Shown here piece after piece: positions 50,660-60,429 of a stretch of DNA of 64,000 nt (the stretch's first letter is position 1; every line of letters begins with the position of its first letter). Made by a program: the position numbers and the translations under genes. The stretch comes from a virus. Lineage: Duplodnaviria > Caudoviricetes. Location: IMG/VR virus record IMGVR_UViG_3300031851_000001; one strand, written 5' to 3'. The notes beneath the pieces are model-generated. The model searched no databases, had not been told where the DNA came from, and saw only the letters and a program-made list of their open reading frames with translations.

Positions 50660-53227
50660 CTAACCTCTTCTACGTATATTAGGTCGTGGGTAAACTTTCC
50701 CAGATGCAGGTCTTGTTTTAAAATTTTGCTTTGGAAGTGTGTTTCCGTCTATTGGTCGTTGATTATACCATCTTAGATATTTATTTGCCGCGCCTTGTAA
50801 ACTATTTCTATCGTACGCATCGTCTGTACCAGAGTCATACATGGCATTCATAGTTGCGTTATTAAGTAACCAATCCTCTGCCTCTTCCTGAGTTAGGTTA
50901 GGCCAAGACTCTGCAAGCAAAGCAACAACACCTGCCACTTGTGGGCCAGACATACTTGTTCCTTGATACTTACCTAATTGATAACTACTATTTCTAGCAT
51001 CGTTTACACCACCTGAGTGCAAACTACTTTGAATGGCTTCGCCGGCTGCGTAAATATCAACTTGGTTACCGCAATTACTAAACGTTGCTTTAACTTCATT
51101 AACATTATTTGATGTAGCTCCAACGTTAATAACCGGATTAAACCCAGCGCCGGAACCTGTACCGCGGTTAAGATAATATGTTTGGTCAAATCCATAATAT
51201 TGTACTTCGTATGTATTATTCCAATCTTGGTCTGATTCGTTAACAGTTTTCCAACTATCATTACCTGCCGATGCTACAATAATAATTCCGTCATCTATTG
51301 CGTCTTGCATATCAGCTTGGCGTGAAGTAAACCAATTTGGAATATCCATTTGTAAAGATGGAGCATAACAACCACGAGCTCTTAATTCAGTTGTAGTTAA
51401 ATCTCGTCCTGGGCTAAACTCTGTACCCCTATATGTAATACTTGTAATGTTACCAAAATTATCTTCAGCTGAACCAACAGGTATAGAACTACCATAACTA
51501 TTGTTTGTAATAGTAGGATTGCGTCTACCAGTTGTAGGGTTAATGGCTTTTGTATTATGCCATTCTCTAATGTAATCCCACATCCTTGTACTTGATAAAC
51601 TATTTGGGTTTGAACCATATGGACTAATGTTATAAACTGTTGCTGAACGTGCCCAACCTTGAGTATTCCCTGCTACAGTTCCACCACAATGGCAGCCATG
51701 ATTATTATCAGCTTCATCTGCTACGTTTGTATATGAACCTGAACGATTATATGTATATGTACCATTTGATCCAAATCCTAAAGCACTTGTTAACGAAAAC
51801 CAATTAAATTGATTAATTCTTGAAGCGCCGTTTGCTGCTGGTGTATAATATGAAGGACCGTTATCATTATCCCTAAAAATATCTCTTAAAACAACAAAGT
51901 CTGGTTTACTTAACACTGGTTCAAAATATGATTTAAATAGGGCGTACCCTTTCGGATTATTAGTTAACATTCCAGATGGAGTTTTTACTGAGTCAGACCA
52001 TTCCGGTGACAGTGATCCACCATCCCAAAAAGTACTCATATCCCACATTGACCAGTTCATCAAATACATATATTCTTTATAAGCTACCTCAGCTGCCTCA
52101 TCCACTGTTGCCCAATCGGATGCATAACCAGACGGATCAAAAAATCCGCCATCAATAGCTTCTTTCATAGCAAGGTGCAATTCTGTTGTTTGCCAATTAA
52201 CATTATTAGTTGCTAACCAATTCACAGCTGTTTCAGATCCCGGCACCGCACCCATAATACCAAACAAATGTATTGTGTGCATAAGATGTTCTACAAGTTC
52301 TTCAATATCTCTATCACCAACCGACGGGCTTGGCCCGCTAATATTAGCATACCAAACCATATCGTTATGTACGTGGTTATCTAAAAAATCTACGTATCCT
52401 GCATACTGTGCAGCGCCTGCGTCTGTTAAAAAGTTTGGACTATATTCAGAACCACCACCGTATGCAATTCTTTGAACGGCAGGAAGTCCTGCGTGTATAG
52501 TTCCTGTAGCGCCTTGTAATGTTTTAATTAAATTGATTTGATGGTCTACATTAATAAGAGGATATGTTGGATCAATTAACAATGTTACCATTTTGGCAGT
52601 TTTTTCTGCCCACATATCAGGTACTGCGGTTTGACCTCCAACTGCGCCTGCAACAACCATCTTTAAACCACGAGCTGTTATTTGTCTATTAAATACTGCT
52701 CCATTAGATGAGTCACTTATAAGTGCACCATTTGAATAATCTGTCTCAGTTCCAATTGCTGCAAATTCTGGATGTGCTGGGTCAATATGTCCATCAACGA
52801 TAACAACATCAACATTTTTACCTGATGCAGTTACGGTTAAATCAGAGTTTATATTTGCAACTCCATTATCTCCCCAGTTACTTCTATTTGCGGCTTCAGA
52901 ATGTCTAAGTAAACCCCAGTTAAAATCTGTTGCGTCTGTAAACCAATCTTTTGAAAACTTTTGATTAACGACTGACCATCCTTGAGGTTTGGTAGTCAAA
53001 TCAATTAATTCTACTAAGTCACAGCCCCAGACTCTAGGATCGTTTTTTAATTCTTTCGCTTCTTCATTGGTTAACATATAATGAGTATTGCGACTTATGC
53101 TTCTTCTATCAACAACGGGTACTGCTCGACCCGGAATGTACAACGCTCCACCTTCATTTTCCATGTCATCGTAAAAGGAATTTAAATCCTCTTTATTATG
53201 AAGTGTAACAATCCATTCTTTTTGCAT
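50660..53227 (-). CDS. Subtilisin-family (S8) serine protease with a large inserted domain
   Basis: Catalytic triad motifs VDVVIVDG (Asp), HGCHCGGTVAG (His), GTSMSGPQVAG (Ser); oxyanion-hole ASAGND; N-terminal propeptide-like segment. Confidence 0.9.
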   Translation of the reverse strand: MQKEWIVTLHNKEDLNSFYDDMENEGGALYIPGRAVPVVDRRSISRNTHYMLTNEEAKELKNDPRVWGCDLVELIDLTTKPQGWSVVNQKFSKDWFTDATDFNWGLLRHSEAANRSNWGDNGVANINSDLTVTASGKNVDVVIVDGHIDPAHPEFAAIGTETDYSNGALISDSSNGAVFNRQITARGLKMVVAGAVGGQTAVPDMWAEKTAKMVTLLIDPTYPLINVDHQINLIKTLQGATGTIHAGLPAVQRIAYGGGSEYSPNFLTDAGAAQYAGYVDFLDNHVHNDMVWYANISGPSPSVGDRDIEELVEHLMHTIHLFGIMGAVPGSETAVNWLATNNVNWQTTELHLAMKEAIDGGFFDPSGYASDWATVDEAAEVAYKEYMYLMNWSMWDMSTFWDGGSLSPEWSDSVKTPSGMLTNNPKGYALFKSYFEPVLSKPDFVVLRDIFRDNDNGPSYYTPAANGASRINQFNWFSLTSALGFGSNGTYTYNRSGSYTNVADEADNNHGCHCGGTVAGNTQGWARSATVYNISPYGSNPNSLSSTRMWDYIREWHNTKAINPTTGRRNPTITNNSYGSSIPVGSAEDNFGNITSITYRGTEFSPGRDLTTTELRARGCYAPSLQMDIPNWFTSRQADMQDAIDDGIIIVASAGNDSWKTVNESDQDWNNTYEVQYYGFDQTYYLNRGTGSGAGFNPVINVGATSNNVNEVKATFSNCGNQVDIYAAGEAIQSSLHSGGVNDARNSSYQLGKYQGTSMSGPQVAGVVALLAESWPNLTQEEAEDWLLNNATMNAMYDSGTDDAYDRNSLQGAANKYLRWYNQRPIDGNTLPKQNFKTRPASGKVYPRPNIRRRG

Positions 53228-53228
53228 G

Positions 53229-54206
53229 TTATGCCTCTAGTTTTAAAACATTAAGTGTTACTGTATGCGCAACTGATGATCCATGTTTACTTCTTACCTT
53301 GACTGGTATGTTTGTAGATGGAGTACTTTCTAAATTATAACCAATGGTTGCAGGCCCAATAATAACAGTTTCGGCACCTGCAGTAATTACCTCGGCAATG
53401 ATACCAGCATCTGTTGCAGGATCTTCTGTTTCGAGTCTAGAATTATCTGCCGCTCTTGCTGAGTTACTTGTATAAAGTGTTACCCACGCAGCATGGCTTG
53501 TTTGAATAGTCATTAATGCGTATGTCTTATGACCAACAATATCAATATCGGTTGAGACACCGTTTGCGATCGCGGCCGTTGTACCGGATACGGCAGCTCG
53601 TGTTGATAAACCACCACTGCCTCCTCCACCACCAACTTCGGAATAATCTGCTAAACGAACCCAAGCACCTGCATGAGCGTAATATGCTTTACCAGTTCCA
53701 TGTACGTGAGCAAACATGCCATGATAGCTTCCCGCAGCAGGTAAGTCACCTTCTGACTGATATACGTTACCAAATAAAACTCTATTACCACCCATATCTA
53801 AATCTGAGCCAGTAACAACACTTATAACTTCAGTATTTGATAAACCGCCACCGCCGCCTGAACCTGAAGCTTGAGGAACCCATTCATAATCAGTTCCTGA
53901 CCACGCTAATACTTGATCCGCAGCCGCTGAACCTATATTCAAATGAGAGTCGACATCAGTATTTCCATACCCACTTTGAAACGTTATATTTCCTTCGCCA
54001 TCAGTTGTAAGAACTTGATTATTTGCACCATCGTTTACAAAGAATAATAAACTGGTTGGCCTGCCAGTTAATGATGTGTATGCACCGTCAAATGCATCGT
54101 CGTATAATTCGGTAAAGTTTTCATTAACTTTAACCATAGCATTTCTTAGTGGATCGCCGAGGCCATCGTTTCCAACCAATCCAACGCCAATCGTTTGCTT
54201 TGCCAT
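53229..54206 (-). CDS. Baseplate fibre-connector-like protein with gp9/gp10-type N-terminus
   Basis: MAKQTIGVG...NDGLGDPLR....KVNENFTELY matches the T4 gp9/gp10 N-terminal motif. Confidence 0.65.
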   Translation of the reverse strand: MAKQTIGVGLVGNDGLGDPLRNAMVKVNENFTELYDDAFDGAYTSLTGRPTSLLFFVNDGANNQVLTTDGEGNITFQSGYGNTDVDSHLNIGSAAADQVLAWSGTDYEWVPQASGSGGGGGLSNTEVISVVTGSDLDMGGNRVLFGNVYQSEGDLPAAGSYHGMFAHVHGTGKAYYAHAGAWVRLADYSEVGGGGGSGGLSTRAAVSGTTAAIANGVSTDIDIVGHKTYALMTIQTSHAAWVTLYTSNSARAADNSRLETEDPATDAGIIAEVITAGAETVIIGPATIGYNLESTPSTNIPVKVRSKHGSSVAHTVTLNVLKLEA

Positions 54207-54241
54207 TTATTTGCTCCTAAAAGTCGTGTTTTATCTATTTA

Positions 54242-56497
54242 TTAAACTGTGTCAACCTTCAAGTTAACCGTGTCTACTGTAATCGTTGTTCTATCTGAAC
54301 TATACCTTGGAATAGTCGGTGATTGATCTGGTCCGACTATTGGATCCCCACCAATTAATGGATCGTTTTTAATTGTTCTACCAAACTTAGCAGTAACACC
54401 AACTATTTGTTTCTTTTTATATGAGAATGCTCCAAATATTCTAGTACCTGCTAAGTGTATATTTTGTTTAAGCGTTTCTTCATATTCTTTAAAGTCAACC
54501 GTTGATTTAATTTGATATGAATATTCTTGATAGAAGTCAGAGTCGTGTACTCTGTTTTGGCTATCGTAATATGTACCGTCTTGCTTGTAACCGTTTACGT
54601 GTGATGTTTCACTTCCCCAGAACCCTGCAGTGATACCTTGAGAGTCTGCGAACAATTGTCCCTTGGCTAATTTTTGTCCTGCTGCGTTAGTAAGGAATAC
54701 TATTTCTTTGTTTAAATAACCAAAGCCAGAGTTTGTAACTCTTACTTCAGATATTCTACCAGTAGCAAATTGAGTACGTGAAGTCATTTCAGCATTTGCC
54801 CCGTAAACATCGGTGGTGTAATCTCTTTCAGTTGCTATGACAGTGTATACCGTTCCTTCGTGGTTAATAGGTGCGGTTCTAAATCCATAATACGCATAAG
54901 GTCTAACTTGGATAAATCCTCTGTCTACATTAATGCCTGTAATAATACCGGATACACTTGTCGATGGTTGTGTGATTGTGTCACCTACCGAAAATGCAGC
55001 ACTGAATGGACTAACGATTAATCGCTGTTCGTATCTATCAAACGCAATCATTACCTCATCTCTAACTAATGTAAATACGTCGTTTACATAATCTTCACCT
55101 GGGTTAATATTTTCAAATGCATCAATCGTACCAATTTCAAATGGCGTTAAATCAAATGCATCCTCTAATGGAGTACTAAGTGTTACAGGATCTGCGGTAC
55201 CTGACATAGGTTGTGTAGCAGGTGCCACATTGTAATTTGCTGCGTTAATTGTTACACCAAGGAAAGGTGCAATAGGGTCTGTAATTAAAGCAATGGTTTC
55301 GATGTTAGAAAGTGTTTCAACTTTAACATCTGTGTTAGCTGATGTATCTGGGTACAACGGTCCCGGAGATGTTTCGTTTTTATCTGAAATACTAAAGACT
55401 GGTTCTATATCAATGTTTGGAGTTCTATCCAATGTTGAAATAGTTCTTCCTATAGCAAAGCTTTCGCCAACATCCATTTTAACACCGACGGCAGAAGAAT
55501 TCTGTCCAATCACTGTACCCTGATTACCGCCACTATCAACTAATCTTTCGAGTGGAGTAAAAGATAAATCTTCGTTATTTAAAATTACAACTTGGTTTGA
55601 AACTTCAAGTCTAGTGTTGGCTATCGTATAACCAAAGCCGCCGTCAGTTAATGTATAATCAACAATACCTGTAAACTCATCTTCAGTATCAGTAACAAGT
55701 GCTACACCGCCTACGCCATAATCGCTTTTAATATAAACTTCGTCACCAATGTTATTACCTGTAGTTCCACCATAGTCAAGGTCTATAGTAATATCAGAAG
55801 CTGACCCATTTAATACACCAAAAGATACATCTTTACTATCTATTCGAGCAACGATATCGTCGTATCTTTTAAACGTACCTTTTAAGTTAGACAGATATAA
55901 AATTGGTGTAAGAGTATTATTTAAAAGAACAAAGTTAATCTTATCAACTGCAGCCTGCGCCTTTGATACGGATCCAATAACCGTTTTACCTAATAAGTCA
56001 GAGTATTCGTAATATTTTTCGCCAGACCTATCGTAAAATAATCCATTGTTTGGAATCATTTGTAAATAATTACCGGTTTGCCATTTAGAATTTGATGGTT
56101 TTAAAACATATTTAGACGGATTAAAAATTTCTACATCTTCTTGGTAAAACATTCTAAAGAATAAAACAACACTGGCCGATGAACCTTTGCGTCTATATAA
56201 ATCTAATATATTTTTGACAACTAATCGTACGCTTGTATCTTCTAATAAAGGTAAATCCGCTAAAAACTTTTTCTGAAAGAATAAGATCATACTCGATAGT
56301 GTTGTAGTAATATCGCGATACTCAAATAATCTTCGCGTATTATACACGTGCTGATTAGGTGTTGTTTCTAGAAACTTATAATAGTCAGTGACAAGGGAAA
56401 CAAGCTCATCATTATTCTCTCTGTAAATCGCAGGAAATTGTTGCGCGATTTTAAAAGATATTTGCTTTTCTACTTCTTTGGTATTGCTAACGGGCAT
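54242..56497 (-). CDS. Baseplate wedge subunit, gp7-like
   Basis: Directly downstream of gp6. QFP......LV....YYKFLE N-terminus; YRRKGS; C-terminal DSDFYQEYSY.IKS...HLAG..IFG. Confidence 0.65.
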   Translation of the reverse strand: MPVSNTKEVEKQISFKIAQQFPAIYRENNDELVSLVTDYYKFLETTPNQHVYNTRRLFEYRDITTTLSSMILFFQKKFLADLPLLEDTSVRLVVKNILDLYRRKGSSASVVLFFRMFYQEDVEIFNPSKYVLKPSNSKWQTGNYLQMIPNNGLFYDRSGEKYYEYSDLLGKTVIGSVSKAQAAVDKINFVLLNNTLTPILYLSNLKGTFKRYDDIVARIDSKDVSFGVLNGSASDITIDLDYGGTTGNNIGDEVYIKSDYGVGGVALVTDTEDEFTGIVDYTLTDGGFGYTIANTRLEVSNQVVILNNEDLSFTPLERLVDSGGNQGTVIGQNSSAVGVKMDVGESFAIGRTISTLDRTPNIDIEPVFSISDKNETSPGPLYPDTSANTDVKVETLSNIETIALITDPIAPFLGVTINAANYNVAPATQPMSGTADPVTLSTPLEDAFDLTPFEIGTIDAFENINPGEDYVNDVFTLVRDEVMIAFDRYEQRLIVSPFSAAFSVGDTITQPSTSVSGIITGINVDRGFIQVRPYAYYGFRTAPINHEGTVYTVIATERDYTTDVYGANAEMTSRTQFATGRISEVRVTNSGFGYLNKEIVFLTNAAGQKLAKGQLFADSQGITAGFWGSETSHVNGYKQDGTYYDSQNRVHDSDFYQEYSYQIKSTVDFKEYEETLKQNIHLAGTRIFGAFSYKKKQIVGVTAKFGRTIKNDPLIGGDPIVGPDQSPTIPRYSSDRTTITVDTVNLKVDTV

Positions 56498-58289
56498 TTG
56501 TTTGTGAACCTGTAAGTTTAATTGTTACATCAGAATTTTTAATTCCAAATATTCTTCCTGCTGGGGCTTTAATATCGCTTGATACTGTATTGGCCATTAT
56601 CTTAATACCTGCGCCGATATAGTTGTCAGCAATAAATCCAACTAAGTTAACTTCGCCAGTTTGGTAATTGACGCTTCCAACAATTGGTTTGATAACTTTG
56701 GGATTTGCAATATCATTAGCAATGACTTGAATATTTCCTCGGCCGTCGTCTTGTAGATATACATCAGTACCATTAAGAGTATATACACCGCTTTTAATTG
56801 CAGGTTTATAATCATTGAACCCGTCCTCTGTATCAAAAGGATATGGTTTAACGAGTGCAGCTTCAAACTTAAACGATGGGTTAAGAGCAATACCTAATGC
56901 TGGCGAATACTCAATGTAAGGCATAATACTAATCGTTGTACCAATGATTGATGTTTCTAACGCGTCAATCGACGTTGTTAATTTAGAAATCCTTGCAAAA
57001 GTATTAAAGTCATCTAAGTAAGTATCACTATAGAGTTTAATTGCGTCTCTTATTAATATCTCTAAGTCACCTTCAGATTTACTTGTAAGCTTAGGATTAT
57101 AAGTTACTTCAGCTGTCGTACAACCATATAAGAATTTAGATGGAACAAATACTGGCTCAATAGCCAATGGGCTTCTATCTTTTAAGTATTCAATATAAGT
57201 ATTTGATAGCGTTGTAGATAAGCTTGTTTGGTTTTGTCCAAGGTATACTGAAATCGCAACTTTACCAAATTGTGGTGGTTCTAAATCTTCGCCACCATAT
57301 GCAGCAACTGATTGAATTTCAGGGAAGTTTGATTTTAATAAGATTTCGTAATCAGATGTTGTTACTGCACGTTCTTGGATTTGTAATGATTTAGGAGCAA
57401 AGTATCGAATGCTTTCCATTGTTTCACGTTCAGCACCATTACTTGCACTCTGTATTGTTTCAACTACCGCTGAGCCGTATGTAGTTGGGAGTGAAAATGC
57501 AAACGCACCATTACCTTCAACGCCTGATGTAATTCTATAACGTACTCTAATATCTTCAAATTCTTCAGGTTGGAAACCAAATACATTATTACCAAAGTAA
57601 ATAGTATATCTTCCATCAATATATGGCTCAATATAAAATACTTTATCTGTTGGTCCTACACCAAAAATATCATTCTTACGTAGGAATACATTTTCGTTTT
57701 CAGTAGCTTCAGCGTCAACGAATACAGAAATAGACTCAGTGTCTGCGTTTTCGTTTGAAAGTGTTACCCTTAAAATGCCATCGTCGTCAACAAAGAAACC
57801 TTCACGTTCAAAGCTAGCTAGCATCTGGCCTTCAAAAATTTCAACGTTTTCAGCAACGAATGTTTGAGGTGCGGTTTTCTTGGCAACATATGTTTGGTCT
57901 GTAACGAACTCAAAATTTTCGCCATTATAAACAGTTGTGAAAGGCGAGTACTGAGGAATTGTAATCGACTGACCTTCAGCATTCGCATCTGTAATCGTAA
58001 CCTTAACGATAGCCTTTGCCGATCGTCTAGATCTTGGTAGATAGTTTAATTCTTTTGCATGTGAAACAATAGAGTTTCTTAATACGGCAGAGTCAAGGAA
58101 CATTTCATTAACTGCCATATTTGTATAGAAGTTATTTTGGTATGTATTGTATGCCAACACGTCAAGCAATACCGACATGTTTGAACCTTCAAAGTTATAA
58201 TCTTTGAATTGAGTTTGTGATTGTAAGTATTCTTTAAACTGATTTTTAACCGCGTCAAAATCTAGTTCTGAAATATTTAACTTTGCCAT
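56487..58289 (-). CDS. gp6: Baseplate wedge subunit gp6
   Basis: LDFD.VK...K.YL..Q..FKDYNFEGSNMSVLLDVLAYNTY; RAVT..DY; GGE...PPQFGKV.I. Confidence 0.92.
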   Translation of the reverse strand: MAKLNISELDFDAVKNQFKEYLQSQTQFKDYNFEGSNMSVLLDVLAYNTYQNNFYTNMAVNEMFLDSAVLRNSIVSHAKELNYLPRSRRSAKAIVKVTITDANAEGQSITIPQYSPFTTVYNGENFEFVTDQTYVAKKTAPQTFVAENVEIFEGQMLASFEREGFFVDDDGILRVTLSNENADTESISVFVDAEATENENVFLRKNDIFGVGPTDKVFYIEPYIDGRYTIYFGNNVFGFQPEEFEDIRVRYRITSGVEGNGAFAFSLPTTYGSAVVETIQSASNGAERETMESIRYFAPKSLQIQERAVTTSDYEILLKSNFPEIQSVAAYGGEDLEPPQFGKVAISVYLGQNQTSLSTTLSNTYIEYLKDRSPLAIEPVFVPSKFLYGCTTAEVTYNPKLTSKSEGDLEILIRDAIKLYSDTYLDDFNTFARISKLTTSIDALETSIIGTTISIMPYIEYSPALGIALNPSFKFEAALVKPYPFDTEDGFNDYKPAIKSGVYTLNGTDVYLQDDGRGNIQVIANDIANPKVIKPIVGSVNYQTGEVNLVGFIADNYIGAGIKIMANTVSSDIKAPAGRIFGIKNSDVTIKLTGSQTNAR

Positions 58290-58290
58290 T

Positions 58291-58707
58291 TTATCTAGTC
58301 CTCTCTAGAAATACGTCAACAGATATAGGTTGCTGATTATTTGATATGTAAAAATGAACCTGTATCTTTACAACGTTATCATCAATATTTGAAGTTACTA
58401 AAACGTCAATGATCTCTGCTCTTGGTTCGTATAAATCGAGCGTTGTACGTACTTGATCTTCTATCATTACTAACACACCGGGTGTTATATTTTCAAAAAG
58501 CATTGCCCGCAAATTACCACCAATTGCTGGCTGCATTAGTCTTTCGCCACGATCAGTCAATAACAAATTAATTATTGCTTCTTTTACCGCGTCTTCATCT
58601 TTGTTTACAGTAAGATCTAATGACAATGGGCTAACTTCAAGGCTTTTCTTAAAGTCAGAATATATAGAGATCTTCTTTTGTCTCTGTGATAATAAGTTTA
58701 CGACCAT
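58291..58707 (-). CDS. gp25: Baseplate wedge subunit gp25
   Basis: YSD......P...DL....DEDAVK..I.NLLLT..GER...P..G..L...LFE; EPR. Confidence 0.9.
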   Translation of the reverse strand: MVVNLLSQRQKKISIYSDFKKSLEVSPLSLDLTVNKDEDAVKEAIINLLLTDRGERLMQPAIGGNLRAMLFENITPGVLVMIEDQVRTTLDLYEPRAEIIDVLVTSNIDDNVVKIQVHFYISNNQQPISVDVFLERTR

Positions 58708-58732
58708 TTGTCTGTGTCCAATGCTTTACAGT

Positions 58733-58740
58733 TATTTATA
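58733..58740 (-). promoter_or_regulatory. T4-type late promoter TATAAATA
   Basis: Exact intergenic match upstream of gp25. Confidence 0.8.
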
Positions 58741-58755
58741 TGAAAATGTATCATC

Positions 58756-60429
58756 CTATCGTCTCGAATCTGGCCATGTAGCACAGTATGATCTTAAATC
58801 TAAGTGTATAAAACTATTATAATAGCCAACACCATTAAAACCTATTCCATTAGCAATATCTCGTATTGGGCTTTCATTGATTTCAGTTGGTGATAAGCAC
58901 GTTAAATCCCCTCTAGCCTGTCTAACTACTTCTTTAACTTTGGCGCCATCAATGTGATAACTACTCCAAGAAATGTCAACCGCTAATCCTGAAGTGTGCT
59001 GTGAAATTTTTGCAACAGTGCCATCAGATTTTCCACCATTTCTATCTAACATTCTCTGGTATAATACATCTTGAAATTCTTGTGATCTATAACCACTGTG
59101 CAAAATAAATGGTGCACTCATATTTGCAAGTTTGTGAAGTTGTATTAGTTTAGCTCGAGTTTTTAGCTGTAAGCCTTCCCAACCACCGCGTGTATTAGCA
59201 GATGATCCAACTTTAGGTTTAATAATAGGATGCTTTCCATCTTTAATTTGATCCCACGTTGGTATTTCACTATATTCTTTATCTAATTCAAATGCATTTC
59301 CAGCTACCGTAAACAAATCATCAGCTTCTTCAATCGCCTTTTTGCGCGTTTCATCATCAAAACGAATACCGCCAGCCTTTACGACTGCGGCTGTAGTAAC
59401 TCCAGAATTTGCCTTTAACATATCAATACCATTTAAAAATGTATCAGCAGTTTTATCTAATGGATCTTTAAGACCTTGGACTAACGTTTCAATACCTGCA
59501 GCGAAACCACATATGCGAGATATTAAAAACATAATTTCTTCAACTGAAGGATTATCAAACAATCCAACTGCGTAATCAATCATACCTTTAATTTTGTTTT
59601 CAATCTTTTTAATATTTTCTTCGCTAAAGAAACCCATAATACCTTCTTGCAAATTTACAAGTTTGGATTCAATAGTATTCTTTATAAAAGTTTCAGCTCT
59701 TTTAATAACTTCAGCTGGGTTAAAATTTTCAACAGCGCTTTTAATTTTATTTACAACACCCATAACAGCTTTAGTAACTTTTTCTTTGATTGCATCAATA
59801 AGTGCCTTTACTTTAATTGCATCAAATAAAGCTTTTATTGGATCTTTAATATTTCGTATTTTACTAATAAAACTAAGCGCATCTTGAAGAAGTCCATCTA
59901 TCTGTCCAATAATACCAAAGAATGCGCCAATAGCTCCAAACACGTTTGGCATTGTTCCACAAAATCCACCCATTATAGAAGTAGCAAATCCACCTCTTAA
60001 ATAATCATCGAGGCTTTGTAAAAACTTAGGTGGATTTTGATTTGCTATAAAGTTAGAAGTAATAGGAGTCATACTACTATCAGCAAGAAAAAGCGCATAC
60101 TCAACAGGGGTTAAAACAACATTACCACCAGCCGCATCACTTTTAATTTTAAGTATTTCGTATTTAGGTATTTGTTCTTTAGAAAACTCAGATTGTAATA
60201 CTGCATTAATTGAAGCAAGATTTGTATAAAAGTCAGGGAACTGAGCAACGGCACGAGTTAATGGATCACCTACGACACTGTTAGATATACTATCTTGAAA
60301 CTCTTTTTCAAAAACTTCTATTTGCGATAACGTAAATTCGCCATTACCATTTGATGTTGAAGTTGCCGAAGATTGTTCTACGCGTAATTCATCTGGAGTT
60401 AAGCAATCTACTGTTGTTTCTATACTCAT
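58756..60429 (-). CDS. Baseplate-associated protein with C-terminal M15 (LAS-type) Zn peptidase domain
   Basis: SGYRS, HTSGLAVD (H-x6-D) and GVGYY..FIHLD motifs in the last ~150 aa; long helical N-terminal region. Confidence 0.8.
   Translation of the reverse strand: MSIETTVDCLTPDELRVEQSSATSTSNGNGEFTLSQIEVFEKEFQDSISNSVVGDPLTRAVAQFPDFYTNLASINAVLQSEFSKEQIPKYEILKIKSDAAGGNVVLTPVEYALFLADSSMTPITSNFIANQNPPKFLQSLDDYLRGGFATSIMGGFCGTMPNVFGAIGAFFGIIGQIDGLLQDALSFISKIRNIKDPIKALFDAIKVKALIDAIKEKVTKAVMGVVNKIKSAVENFNPAEVIKRAETFIKNTIESKLVNLQEGIMGFFSEENIKKIENKIKGMIDYAVGLFDNPSVEEIMFLISRICGFAAGIETLVQGLKDPLDKTADTFLNGIDMLKANSGVTTAAVVKAGGIRFDDETRKKAIEEADDLFTVAGNAFELDKEYSEIPTWDQIKDGKHPIIKPKVGSSANTRGGWEGLQLKTRAKLIQLHKLANMSAPFILHSGYRSQEFQDVLYQRMLDRNGGKSDGTVAKISQHTSGLAVDISWSSYHIDGAKVKEVVRQARGDLTCLSPTEINESPIRDIANGIGFNGVGYYNSFIHLDLRSYCATWPDSRR

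Noticed and set aside
51835-52755. S8 insert as an intein or homing endonuclease
   Set aside because: No Cys/Ser start with His-Asn end, and no LAGLIDADG or HNH motif seen.
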